Part shown: piece after piece, positions 31,357 through 40,900 of the stretch
Position numbering within the stretch: the first letter of the stretch is position 1
Layout of the letters: the number at the start of each line of letters is the position of its first letter
Made by a program: the position numbers and the translations under genes
Notes under the pieces: model-generated
The model's database searches: none
What the model saw: only the letters and a program-made list of their open reading frames with translations
Told to the model about the DNA's origin: nothing
IMG/VR virus record: IMGVR_UViG_3300021142_000007
Span: 1-64,000 of that record
Source of the DNA: a virus
Reading direction: 5' to 3' (one strand)
DNA length: 64,000 nt

Positions 31357-31698
31357 CTATTTCATTGATACGGTCTTTGATAACATATATTCATCTGTTA
31401 TCTTTCCGCTAACCCAATCACGAATAACTTGTTTGGTAAATTCTTCGCCCATCTTGTACTTGTATTTCAAATACTCATAAAGTGACTTGGGACTTATAAC
31501 TTCTTTATCCGCATTTACTTGAATCATCGGTCTTTCAAAATACTCACCACCTTCACGCATATATTTTTTGATTGGCGTGTAGTTTTTATCCAAATCAGCC
31601 TTCATCTCTTTAACCATGTATGAATGAGCTGTTGTTTCGTTTAACTTGGTCTGTAAACGGCTGAATTGACTTTCTGTTATGATTATTTTCTTCTTCAT
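31357..31698 (-). CDS. Hypothetical protein with IITESQ N-terminal motif
   Basis: MKKKIIITESQ...LNE; upstream ATATTTATA. Confidence 0.7.
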   Translation of the reverse strand: MKKKIIITESQFSRLQTKLNETTAHSYMVKEMKADLDKNYTPIKKYMREGGEYFERPMIQVNADKEVISPKSLYEYLKYKYKMGEEFTKQVIRDWVSGKITDEYMLSKTVSMK

Positions 31699-31746
31699 AT
31701 CTATAAATATTCCGATAAAAATAAAAGGCCCTTATCGGGCCTTCTT

Positions 31747-32061
31747 TTATGCTAATAATTCATTTATCTTAGCTTGGATATTTTCTTTGGTTGCAAGCCC
31801 TACTAGCTTATGTGCTACCTTTCCATTTTTGAAGAATATCATGGTTGGAACACCTCTAATACCCAATTCAACAGCGGTTTCTTTGTTTTCATCAACATTG
31901 ATTTTTACAATCTTTGCTTTCGTGTTTTCATCGGTCAACTTATCTATGATTGGAGCTAGTGCTTTACATGGACCACACCATGTAGCATGAAAATCTGCCA
32001 ATACGACTTCGTTGTTATTTATTAGTTCGGTTAATTCGGTTGCGTTAATGTCTTTACTCAT
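31747..32061 (-). CDS. trxA: Thioredoxin
   Basis: WCGPC active site; GIRGVPT. Confidence 0.93.
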   Translation of the reverse strand: MSKDINATELTELINNNEVVLADFHATWCGPCKALAPIIDKLTDENTKAKIVKINVDENKETAVELGIRGVPTMIFFKNGKVAHKLVGLATKENIQAKINELLA

Positions 32062-32122
32062 TTTAAAAATTTTTTTATTATTGTTATAGTTATAAATATA
32101 CAAAAAGATTCTTAAAAAATCA

Positions 32123-32374
32123 ATGACGGATTCAGAAATAATTTGGAAATACCTTTCAGGATTGATACAAGATGACCACTTGGTTGTTTACTTGTATTGC
32201 TGTGGACAAAAATTTAGCCAAGAAAACGCTAAAAAAAAGGTATTTGATGATATATACCCTGTATTTAAAAAAGCAATGCCAGATAGCCTACTGAAAACCA
32301 GCATAAAGGCCTTCTTGGACTACAAGAAAACACAATACATAAATGCTGAAATTACCGTCAAATCAATTTATTGA
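32123..32374 (+). CDS. Hypothetical protein
   Basis: 83-aa ATG ORF. Confidence 0.55.
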   Translation: MTDSEIIWKYLSGLIQDDHLVVYLYCCGQKFSQENAKKKVFDDIYPVFKKAMPDSLLKTSIKAFLDYKKTQYINAEITVKSIY

Positions 32375-32687
32375 TGTCGTCATTTATCGGTAAGCAAGAC
32401 TTCATTTGACGTACTGGTGATTCAAAGATTAAATACTTTTCTTGAATAAAGAATTTGTAGATATAGTCTACGCTCATTTGACGGTCAAATGCGAATAGCT
32501 TACCGATAACCTTAGCAATGAATAAGACTTGAGACTCAACAACCTTATCGATATCATTGTTCTCCAGCTTTATTTTTATTATCCTACAGAAGTTTAAATA
32601 TGTGCTATATCTCGTCTTTTCAAAGATACCATAAGACGATTCACATATATTCATATAAACATGGTTTTCAAATTTTCTCATTTGCAA
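32358..32687 (-). CDS. Hypothetical protein
   Basis: 109-aa ORF; start uncertain. Confidence 0.5.
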   Translation of the reverse strand: MQMRKFENHVYMNICESSYGIFEKTRYSTYLNFCRIIKIKLENNDIDKVVESQVLFIAKVIGKLFAFDRQMSVDYIYKFFIQEKYLIFESPVRQMKSCLPINDDINKLI

Positions 32688-32700
32688 GATATTTATTGAT

Positions 32701-32955
32701 ATGTATACACAGTATGAAAAAGACTTTATATTAAGGTTTCTTGTTAAGAATTATCCAGTTATTAGATACAAAAACGGTGTCCACTTCAAGAGAGCCATCA
32801 ACACTGGGTTTCATGTTTATTTCCTTAGCGAAGAAGACTCATATGATAAATTGAGATATGAATTAGCTTCTTTATTGAACATTATATTTGGTTATGAAGA
32901 ACCATTCTTAATGCCTATCGTAGATAAGTACTTACCATCAAAGCGCAAAAAGTAA
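32701..32955 (+). CDS. Hypothetical protein
   Basis: 84-aa ORF preceded by ATATTTAT. Confidence 0.6.
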   Translation: MYTQYEKDFILRFLVKNYPVIRYKNGVHFKRAINTGFHVYFLSEEDSYDKLRYELASLLNIIFGYEEPFLMPIVDKYLPSKRKK

Positions 32956-33116
32956 TTATTTTTTTTATATTACTTAGTATAATCATCAATGGTGTTAGTG
33001 TAAAAAACAATATGCTTGGATGTCCTTCACCACATAATCCAAATAAGTGTTTAATAATTTCTGTCATGTATCTTTAATTTGATACAAAGGTACGGAATTT
33101 TTTTGACAATGTCAAA

Positions 33117-33563
33117 TTAAAATGTCTGCGTTCCAACTTCGACTCTCCTGAAATCCTTGAATACATCAGCACTATCGTTACTTGTGTATCTATCAGAAAC
33201 ATCCTCTAGGTCACTAAGCATCAAGGCCAACGTATCTATCTTAGGACTTACCTTATCCCTAGCGTTGTACATCTGCATGTCAAAATTGTCCTCTGGAAGA
33301 GTTTCTATATACGCTGAACACTCATCATAGGCTTTATCAACCAATCCCTCAATACTACTTAATTCTTTTTTTAACTTAGGTATTAAATTATTGTCGTGTA
33401 TTATCTCATCTACGCTTAATACTAGTATCTTTCCGTATAATTTATTAACCTCAATAGCAAGCTTATTACATAATGCTATGAATTTGGTTAATGGATTTTG
33501 CGCTTCTTCTTCTTTCATGAAACCTAAACGCATGGCCTGGCTTTCTGTAATCTTAATTTTCAT
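33117..33563 (-). CDS. Hypothetical protein with MKIKITESQ N-terminus
   Basis: N-terminal motif shared with neighbours. Confidence 0.7.
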   Translation of the reverse strand: MKIKITESQAMRLGFMKEEEAQNPLTKFIALCNKLAIEVNKLYGKILVLSVDEIIHDNNLIPKLKKELSSIEGLVDKAYDECSAYIETLPEDNFDMQMYNARDKVSPKIDTLALMLSDLEDVSDRYTSNDSADVFKDFRRVEVGTQTF

Positions 33564-33568
33564 GTCTT

Positions 33569-33937
33569 TTATTTTTGTTTAATTATCAATTCGCCTAATG
33601 CTTCCAACTTACCAACTAATTCTTGAAATGCTATTTGTTCTATATTCATAGAGTCTTTGGTTGATGAGTATAACTTTTCTAGTAATTTTTTATATTCAGC
33701 TTTGGCTTCATCTAGCTCCATCTTTCCGCTGGCGGCTTTTTTATAATAGGGTAATTTTACCTTGAAATGATGATATGTTAACATAGAAGGACCACCTTTC
33801 TTTTCAGCGTTATCAGCTATCTTTTCGGCACCATTCAAACGAGTTTCAGCAAATTCTTCGAATGCATCTAGCGTCTTTGCTTCCAATAAAGCATTCATCG
33901 TTCTTTTATACTGTTCTTCGGTTATTTTAATCTTCAT
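33569..33937 (-). CDS. Hypothetical protein with MKIKITEEQ N-terminus
   Basis: Shared N-terminal motif; upstream ATATTTATA. Confidence 0.7.
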   Translation of the reverse strand: MKIKITEEQYKRTMNALLEAKTLDAFEEFAETRLNGAEKIADNAEKKGGPSMLTYHHFKVKLPYYKKAASGKMELDEAKAEYKKLLEKLYSSTKDSMNIEQIAFQELVGKLEALGELIIKQK

Positions 33938-33992
33938 GTCTTTTTTTAGTATAAATATCTTGATTTCTCAAAAATTTTTAGTATATTTGATT

Positions 33993-34460
33993 ATGGCAAA
34001 TCTTAATTTTAAAAAAGACCTAGAACTATCTAGCGTAGGTGAACTAAAGGTAAAAGAATTTTTGGAATCGAAAGGATGCATTTACCAAGCTTCCAACAAC
34101 GATAATAAGTTTGATTTGAAGATGACCAAAAATAATAAAGATACAACATACGAAATAAAAACCGACTTCAAGTGCGCTCCGCTTTTTGATACTGGAAACC
34201 TATTTATTGAGTATGAATGCCGTAACCGACCTTCTGGTATTAGCGTAACACAAGCTGATTGGTTTGTAACACATTTCCTTTATCTCGATGAATTATGGTT
34301 CATAAAGAGCGAAGACCTCAAAAAACTTATATTCGATAATAATTTTCCAGTATTTATCGATGCTGGTGATATAAACAGCGAAACCAAGGGTTACCTAATA
34401 AACAGAAAAAATTATCGAAACTACTTTCATGTCTACAAAACCCAAACAACTACTAATTGA
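33993..34460 (+). CDS. PD-(D/E)XK nuclease-like protein
   Basis: FDL...YEIKTD...TGNLFIEY...PSGISVTQADW pattern. Confidence 0.7.
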   Translation: MANLNFKKDLELSSVGELKVKEFLESKGCIYQASNNDNKFDLKMTKNNKDTTYEIKTDFKCAPLFDTGNLFIEYECRNRPSGISVTQADWFVTHFLYLDELWFIKSEDLKKLIFDNNFPVFIDAGDINSETKGYLINRKNYRNYFHVYKTQTTTN

Positions 34461-35022
34461 ACTAATCCCCAAAACCTGTCACTTCAGCAATGTCCGAACA
34501 ACCGTTTCCGCTAAGGACTGGGACACCATAAGACTAATATCATACGAAGCCGCTGGCCATAAGTGCGAAATATGCGGAGACTCTGGCCTTAATCAAGGTT
34601 ATAAGCACAGAGTTGAATGCCACGAAATATGGGAATATGATGACGAAAAACACGTTCAAAAATTAGTGGGTCTCATATCCCTATGCCCTACGTGCCACCA
34701 AGTAAAACACTTCGGACGAGCAGTCATGATTGGAAAGAAAACCATCTGCGTCAAACAAATGGCTAAGGTAAATAAGTGGACACTAGCTAGGGTGGAACAA
34801 CATATCCTAGAATCATTTTCGGTGTATTCTGAGCGTTCTAAGCACGAATGGCTGCTGGATATATCAATGCTGGCTAAACCGCCCTATAACATCGTTCTAA
34901 AGCCTCAAAAAAAAAGAATATTCGAGGTTAAGAAATACAAGAAAAAGAAAGCAACCAAAAAGAAAACAGCCGCTAAAAAAGCAGCTGCTAAAAAGACCAA
35001 CAAGCGTCCTAAGAAACGCTAG
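34429..35022 (+). CDS. HNH-like nuclease with Lys/Ala-rich tail
   Basis: CEICG...ECHEIW...LCPTCHQVKH. Confidence 0.75.
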   Translation: MSTKPKQLLIELIPKTCHFSNVRTTVSAKDWDTIRLISYEAAGHKCEICGDSGLNQGYKHRVECHEIWEYDDEKHVQKLVGLISLCPTCHQVKHFGRAVMIGKKTICVKQMAKVNKWTLARVEQHILESFSVYSERSKHEWLLDISMLAKPPYNIVLKPQKKRIFEVKKYKKKKATKKKTAAKKAAAKKTNKRPKKR

Positions 35023-35380
35023 TTAGCATATTTTCTTGGTACCAGATAACAAACTTAACAACAAGCTTCCAAGCTGCTTGTATATCCGATTGTTCTTGTG
35101 TGATGTATTCTGCATGACTAAATGAAAAGTGCTTATAGAACTTGCCACCACTTTCAACCGTACAAGACACATAGGTCTTAAAGATGGCAAACTGTGTTGC
35201 CTTGTTAAGAGAATTTATCTTTCTTATTACTGGCATCAAAGAATCCCAAGAAGTATCATAACTAAATGATACTGCTGAAAAGGTCTGAGAAGCATTGTTG
35301 GGGTTTAATAAAAATCCCTTATGATACTCCCAACCCATGAACTTAGCTATTTCTATGTTATTTTGTGTTATTTCGTTCAT
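35009..35380 (-). CDS. Conserved hypothetical phage protein
   Basis: IAKFMG...YDTSWDSLMPVIRKI pattern. Confidence 0.7.
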   Translation of the reverse strand: MNEITQNNIEIAKFMGWEYHKGFLLNPNNASQTFSAVSFSYDTSWDSLMPVIRKINSLNKATQFAIFKTYVSCTVESGGKFYKHFSFSHAEYITQEQSDIQAAWKLVVKFVIWYQENMLTSVS

Positions 35381-35721
35381 TATTTGTATTTTTTGAACCA
35401 TAAGTTTCGGTTCTGGTTAATAATGATATACAAGTCTTCATCAGATAAAGCTACGCTCTTATCACCGCTTTCCTTGTACTTGTCTCTGTAGTCCCCCTGT
35501 AGTAGTATCTGAAACTTAGAGGATACATCAACGGTAAAGCTAATCACCATCGTAAATGGATTAAAAAACTCGGCACTTGGATTGCTTACAATCTTGGTTC
35601 TGTTTTCTTCGATTAATTCGTTAGCTTTATTGTAGATTGGTGTCGTTATCTTTAATAATAACTGACCCAACCAAAGCAAAGGCGTATTGCCTCTTACTCT
35701 ATTCATTGGTAACTTGCTCAT
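35380..35721 (-). CDS. Hypothetical protein
   Basis: Coupled ORF. Confidence 0.6.
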   Translation of the reverse strand: MSKLPMNRVRGNTPLLWLGQLLLKITTPIYNKANELIEENRTKIVSNPSAEFFNPFTMVISFTVDVSSKFQILLQGDYRDKYKESGDKSVALSDEDLYIIINQNRNLWFKKYK

Positions 35722-36086
35722 TTCGTTTTTCTTTCGTTTATCAATCCAACCAAAAATCTCTCGAATTGATGCTTACACGCCAATTCCATATCCGATACCA
35801 TCATAGATGCCCTTATCTCATGCAATGAAATAAGATACTTATCGTCTTCTTTATAGGACGATATATCCAAGCCACTTGGCTTGGGTCTTTCCACCTTAGC
35901 CTCTGGCTTAGACGGCGAACCCTTTAATTGACCATATAATTCCCCGATTCCAATTTCCACGGAACCAGTCTTCATACCCTTGAGCTTCATGGATATCTTT
36001 TGCGTGGGGGTTAGCGTAATTTGAATCTCTCGCTCGTCAACCCTTATGGTTGTTTCCCTGCTTATGTCTTTGTCTAATGGGGTCAT
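35718..36086 (-). CDS. Hypothetical protein
   Basis: ORF after TACCTTTG promoter motif near 36105. Confidence 0.65.
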   Translation of the reverse strand: MTPLDKDISRETTIRVDEREIQITLTPTQKISMKLKGMKTGSVEIGIGELYGQLKGSPSKPEAKVERPKPSGLDISSYKEDDKYLISLHEIRASMMVSDMELACKHQFERFLVGLINERKTK

Positions 36087-36134
36087 TATCCTTTATTTTT
36101 GACAAAGGTACGAAATGTTTTTGTATTTTCCAAA

Positions 36135-36854
36135 TTAAACTTCAATTACCGACCAACTTCCATCGTGGTTTTCAACCAAAGCAGTCTTTGATTCTACCCA
36201 ATCACCAGAGTTCTTGTACTCCATTCCATCGATATCTCTTATCTCGGCCTTGTGTATATGACCGCAAATCACACCATCATATTCTAGGTTTTTTGCATGT
36301 TTAACCATATGACTCTCAAAGTCACCAACATACTTCGTTGCTTGCTTTACACTATCCTTTATTACCTTCGATAACGAGAAGTACTCAAGACCCCTCCAGC
36401 GTCTATACGTATTATAGTGCTTATTTATCCATAAGCACAAGTCATATCCTAAGCTTCCAAGCATTGCTAACCATTTCATATTTGTTATGAATACATCGAA
36501 TATATCGCCATGTATCACAAGATACCTCTTGCCATTGACCCCGATGTGTTCTATTTCAGATTTAATGCTAATATTACCTAAAGTAAACCCAATGAAATCC
36601 ATCAAGAACTCATCATGGTTCCCCTTGACCCAAATTACTTCGGTGTCCCTAGAAATCTTAAGTATCTTTCTTACAAGCTTCATATGCTCTTCCGTCCACT
36701 TGCTACCAGACTTCAAGGCCCATCCATCAATGATATCGCCATTTAGTATTAGCTTTTCACACTGGTTGTTAGCCAAGAATTCTGTTGCGTCACTGGCCCT
36801 TGAATAAGCGGAACCCAAGTGAATGTCCGATAGTATGATTGTTTTGTATTTCAT
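36135..36854 (-). CDS. Calcineurin-like metallophosphoesterase, LpxH-like family
   Basis: SDIHLG, GDIID, GNHD, HGD, GHIH and NSGDWVE motifs. Confidence 0.88.
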   Translation of the reverse strand: MKYKTIILSDIHLGSAYSRASDATEFLANNQCEKLILNGDIIDGWALKSGSKWTEEHMKLVRKILKISRDTEVIWVKGNHDEFLMDFIGFTLGNISIKSEIEHIGVNGKRYLVIHGDIFDVFITNMKWLAMLGSLGYDLCLWINKHYNTYRRWRGLEYFSLSKVIKDSVKQATKYVGDFESHMVKHAKNLEYDGVICGHIHKAEIRDIDGMEYKNSGDWVESKTALVENHDGSWSVIEV

Positions 36855-37543
36855 GACCAATAACCGATGTCTTTTTTAAATGCCTTTTTATTATTTCGTT
36901 GTAGTATGTTGAAAAAGAAGTATCTAGCCATTCCTAGCTTACCCATCTTCTTAAACCTCCTGTCATCCGTATATATGTACTTGTTTATTATTGCGAACTT
37001 TTTGTTGCTTATTTCCCTGCTCAAGAAGTAATCCTCGCAATGCATCAGCGATTCATCAAAACCCCCAAGCCTTTCGAAAGCCTCTTTTGTTATCATGAAA
37101 TAAGCCCCAACAACAAATGGCTTCTCCAACTTCGAAAACCTCATGACCATATTGGATAAGAAATACAAAAAGCGTATAAACGAATTCTTTTTTATGCTCA
37201 ATAAGGCACCAACCAATTCGTTACCCTCCTGTATCTTAATCAAAGACTCACGTATGAGTTCTGGGTCCTCGAACGTGGTGTCAGCATCCAAGAATAACAA
37301 GACATCACCCTTCGCAACCTCGGCTCCATTATTCCTTCCTACGCTAGGTAACCCACCAGATACCTTCTTTATTGGTAAAACATGGGAATAGGCTGAAATT
37401 ATCAACGGAGTCTTATCGGTGGAATCCGCGTCAGCCACTATGATTTCAACGTTTTTAGGTAGACGCTGCTTCTGTATTGCAGAAAACAACTTGCCTATAT
37501 AACGCTCTTCATTTTTACAAGGAATTATGATAGATAGTTTCAT
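36851..37543 (-). CDS. Glycosyltransferase family 2
   Basis: SIIIPCKNE, FLDAD and GGFDE...ED motifs. Confidence 0.9.
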   Translation of the reverse strand: MKLSIIIPCKNEERYIGKLFSAIQKQRLPKNVEIIVADADSTDKTPLIISAYSHVLPIKKVSGGLPSVGRNNGAEVAKGDVLLFLDADTTFEDPELIRESLIKIQEGNELVGALLSIKKNSFIRFLYFLSNMVMRFSKLEKPFVVGAYFMITKEAFERLGGFDESLMHCEDYFLSREISNKKFAIINKYIYTDDRRFKKMGKLGMARYFFFNILQRNNKKAFKKDIGYWS

Positions 37544-37643
37544 ATTAATAAATATCTTTTATTACCAAGTAATCTAATCAATTTACATACATAACGATTT
37601 TTTAAACCAAGTCTAAGTATTTATACTAAAAGCTTCAGATACT

Positions 37644-38933
37644 ATGCAATTTATTATAAAACCCTCTGGGTTTATCTTGGAAAACGCTAAGCCACATCCA
37701 ACCAAATTGGATGAGTATGATTCATTATATGAAGTCGTTGAAGCAAGCCTAAGCCAAGAATTAACCATTCCAAAGGATGTCATGGATTCATTCAGAATCA
37801 AGGATACCCTAAACCCAGAAATATGGCCCAAAGGAAAGCTTGATGAAAAGGTAAAGAATCAACTAATGAAGATTGCTAGAGCCTTCATGAAAGATATAGG
37901 CATTCCGAAAGGAACCAAGATAAAAGATATCATCTTCACAGGTAGCCTAGCTAACTATAATTGGTCTAGGTTCTCTGATATAGACCTTCACATTGTGCTG
38001 GACCTAAATAAGTTTACAGGTAATCCACAAATGATTAGAGACTTCTTTACCGCACAAAAAACCCTCTGGAATAACCAACACGATATCAAGATAAAAGGCT
38101 ACCCAGTTGAATTATACGTACAAGATACCAACGAAAAGCTACACGCAACCGCCATTTATTCAATCGCAAGAGACAAATGGATTAAAAAACCCATAAGAGA
38201 AAAGCTCAGGGTCGATAAACAAACCATAAAAAACAAAGCCAAGCAATTCATTTCCAAGCTTAGAAACATACGCGATGCCTATAAGGACCATAAGTACCAA
38301 CAAGTCATCGATGACTCCACCAAGCTCAAGGATAAGATAAAACAAATGAGAAAGGCTGGCCTTGAAAGCGGTGGCGAATATAGCATAGAAAACCTCGTAT
38401 TTAAGGTGCTTAGAAGAACAGCCTTCATGGATTTGCTATCCGACCTTAAGGCCAAGGCCTATGATAAGCTCATGACCATATCAGAACAAGACCTAAATGA
38501 AGGCGAAGTTCTGAATAACACAGAGTTTAGGGTCAATAAGGGTCACGAAGATGACTACAACATAAGCGCAGAGTATAACGGTGACGAAATTGGTGTATTG
38601 GTTATATACGAAGTCGTTAACGGCTACTGGATGTTCGATGATGTGCTTAGCGAAGATGAATACGAAAAGATATTCCCAAATGACAAGTTCATAGACTTCA
38701 ATTACTTGAATATCCCAGATGCCAATATGAGAGGAGAAGGAATAGCTAAGAAACTTGTTAGTCTAGGTATAGAAGAAGCTAAGAAGCTAGGATATGCAAC
38801 CATATACCTAAACGCAAGCCCCATGGGTGGCAATGGACTTCCATTAAACGACCTAGTTGGATTCTATAAGCCCTTCGGCTTCAAGGAATTTAAGCACCAA
38901 GGAAATAATGTACTTATGGTAAAATACATATAA
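37644..38933 (+). CDS. Pol-beta-type nucleotidyltransferase fused to a GNAT acetyltransferase
   Basis: GSLANYNWSRFSDIDLH and VELYVQD; RGEGIAKKL...FYKPFGF. Confidence 0.8.
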   Translation: MQFIIKPSGFILENAKPHPTKLDEYDSLYEVVEASLSQELTIPKDVMDSFRIKDTLNPEIWPKGKLDEKVKNQLMKIARAFMKDIGIPKGTKIKDIIFTGSLANYNWSRFSDIDLHIVLDLNKFTGNPQMIRDFFTAQKTLWNNQHDIKIKGYPVELYVQDTNEKLHATAIYSIARDKWIKKPIREKLRVDKQTIKNKAKQFISKLRNIRDAYKDHKYQQVIDDSTKLKDKIKQMRKAGLESGGEYSIENLVFKVLRRTAFMDLLSDLKAKAYDKLMTISEQDLNEGEVLNNTEFRVNKGHEDDYNISAEYNGDEIGVLVIYEVVNGYWMFDDVLSEDEYEKIFPNDKFIDFNYLNIPDANMRGEGIAKKLVSLGIEEAKKLGYATIYLNASPMGGNGLPLNDLVGFYKPFGFKEFKHQGNNVLMVKYI

Positions 38934-39617
38934 ATGAAAGACATAATAAAAAAATTGCTCCGCGAAGCAATAATCAACCTACCAGATACAACCCATAAAC
39001 AAGAACTTAGGTATGCTTCGTACCCAAGCCTTAGCGACCCAAAGAAAAGAGCTGACTTGAACGATATACGTGCTAGGATTGCAAGAGCTTCAAGTATCGC
39101 AAGCTCCAGTGATAAAGAATACTTCAACTCCCCACAAGAAGGTGATGGCTTTTATCAAGTCGAATTCAGACACGATGGCAAGATAACAACCAAACACATA
39201 ATGCCAAGCGCAGATATGCTGCAACAAAGCGGCAAGTTCCAACCTAGTGATGTGGGAACATGCAAGGACTTCCAAAACATAGCTAGATACTGCTTCGTTA
39301 AGGCTGGAAAAGAAAACAAATCCATAGGAAAAAGCCCAGCAGAAGATGCCGCAAATAAAGCCTTGATTATATTTGCGGACCAAATACTAAGCTTCTACGG
39401 AGACTCATACATAGACCCAGAAAAATCAGCCCAGATATCCAAAGAAAAGATGTCCCAACAAATGGCTAAACACAAGGATACCAAAGATGCCTTCGATAAT
39501 AGAGAACGCAAGTCAACCATAAGCATGGACCCAACACAAGCAGCCGACATAGAAGCAAAACAAGCTGCCGCAAAAGCAAGACTAGAAAAGGCTATGGCAA
39601 GACTCAAGAAGTCCTAG
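38934..39617 (+). CDS. Hypothetical protein with MKDIIKKLLRE N-terminus
   Basis: 227-aa ORF abutting the upstream gene. Confidence 0.7.
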   Translation: MKDIIKKLLREAIINLPDTTHKQELRYASYPSLSDPKKRADLNDIRARIARASSIASSSDKEYFNSPQEGDGFYQVEFRHDGKITTKHIMPSADMLQQSGKFQPSDVGTCKDFQNIARYCFVKAGKENKSIGKSPAEDAANKALIIFADQILSFYGDSYIDPEKSAQISKEKMSQQMAKHKDTKDAFDNRERKSTISMDPTQAADIEAKQAAAKARLEKAMARLKKS

Positions 39618-39829
39618 TAGCCCTTGACTTCCTTGAATATCAAGAATAACTCCTCTAGGCTGAATTCATCATGACCATCATGTGTCTCGAAATCCCCATC
39701 CGATGTAAGTATCTTATAGGTATTGCAGTCTGGTTGCTGTAATACACAACGAGTAATCCATTTATGCATGGGCAGTATCTTGAACATAGGCTCGTTCATC
39801 CACTTGGCAAATTCAATAGCTATTTCCAT
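39614..39829 (-). CDS. Hypothetical protein
   Basis: Own TATCTTTG promoter near 39845. Confidence 0.65.
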   Translation of the reverse strand: MEIAIEFAKWMNEPMFKILPMHKWITRCVLQQPDCNTYKILTSDGDFETHDGHDEFSLEELFLIFKEVKGY

Positions 39830-39875
39830 ATTTGATTTTTATGCAAAGATACGATAAATAATTCAAACAAACAAG

Positions 39876-40346
39876 CTAATAAGTCTTATTAGCATAGAAT
39901 CGCATATATGATAATAAGCAACCGCCTCGCAAGTTATGCCACTTATCATCGTTAATCCTTATGCCCATACGCCTACCAAGCCTATAACCCTCGTCCCATG
40001 CCTTGAATTCCTCTTCAAGACAAGATACTTGATACACAACCCTGCGCTTATACTTGTCATCCCCTTCGTTGAAATGCTTGTCCTCGGCTTCAGCACTTAT
40101 GGGAAGCAATTCCTTGAACCTCGTCCAATCCTTGCGCAATACATGATGACCCAACTCGTGCAATAATAGATAAACCATGGTCTCCACTGGATTCTTCTGG
40201 ATGTATATCTTATTTGGCCAATTAAGTGTACGGTTAACCCAAGTTATCTCCGATATGCTATCATGGTCAAGTATAACCTCGTAACCCTCCTTGTTAGCCC
40301 AAGTGGTTAACCTATCCAGTGCTTTGGTGTAGTTATAGCGTCCCAT
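39876..40346 (-). CDS. HExxH metallopeptidase-like protein (ImmA/IrrE-like motif)
   Basis: LLHELGH...EEEFKAWDEG. Confidence 0.7.
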   Translation of the reverse strand: MGRYNYTKALDRLTTWANKEGYEVILDHDSISEITWVNRTLNWPNKIYIQKNPVETMVYLLLHELGHHVLRKDWTRFKELLPISAEAEDKHFNEGDDKYKRRVVYQVSCLEEEFKAWDEGYRLGRRMGIRINDDKWHNLRGGCLLSYMRFYANKTY

Positions 40347-40440
40347 AACCATAAATATATCGTAATCGATATACATCGATTAATTTCATATAGAAATTAA
40401 AGCCTTTGATAAGTATTCACGTATTTATAACAAAAACACC

Positions 40441-40656
40441 ATGAAAACCCAAAGACAAACCATAAAGGAAAACCTAGATGCACTTAAGGACCAACCTAAG
40501 CTGGTTAATAAAGAAGAAACCCTTGGAGGACTAATGCAAAAAAAAGACCGATTAATTGCTGAAAGAAACGCTATTAACGCTCAAATCAAAGAGGTGGAAA
40601 AACAAATCCGTATATGGGAAAAACAAATCTCCCCTAACCAAACAACCATGTTCTAA
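40441..40656 (+). CDS. Small coiled-coil protein
   Basis: Preceded by GTATTTATA. Confidence 0.65.
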   Translation: MKTQRQTIKENLDALKDQPKLVNKEETLGGLMQKKDRLIAERNAINAQIKEVEKQIRIWEKQISPNQTTMF

Positions 40657-40682
40657 ATCCTAGAGCAAAATTTCTAGAAATA

Positions 40683-40780
40683 TTTTTTTTTGAAATAGGG
40701 GTGGTCTTATTTTTAAGGTCAAAAATCCTAAAAAAATTTTTTTTTGAAATGGGGTAGGCCTCTTTTTAAGGTCAAAAAAA
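40683..40780. repeat. Two imperfect tandem copies (period about 54 bp) of a T9-GAAAT-GGGGT...TTTTTAAGGTCAAAAA unit
   Basis: Direct reading of the sequence. Confidence 0.85.
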
Positions 40781-40810
40781 ATTCCAGGAAAATTTCGCGT
40801 AAATCATCAT

Positions 40811-40900
40811 GCCCCCTATATAGGCGTGGTACGGGGGGGTATGTAAGGGGGGTAACGGGGGGAGGGGTACGTAGGGGGGTCTAACGGGGGGAGGGGTTAT
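40811..40900 (+). other. Poly-G tract with G-quadruplex potential; candidate origin or terminus
   Basis: Seven runs of 4-7 G; TAACGGGGGGAGGGGT occurs twice. Confidence 0.65.
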
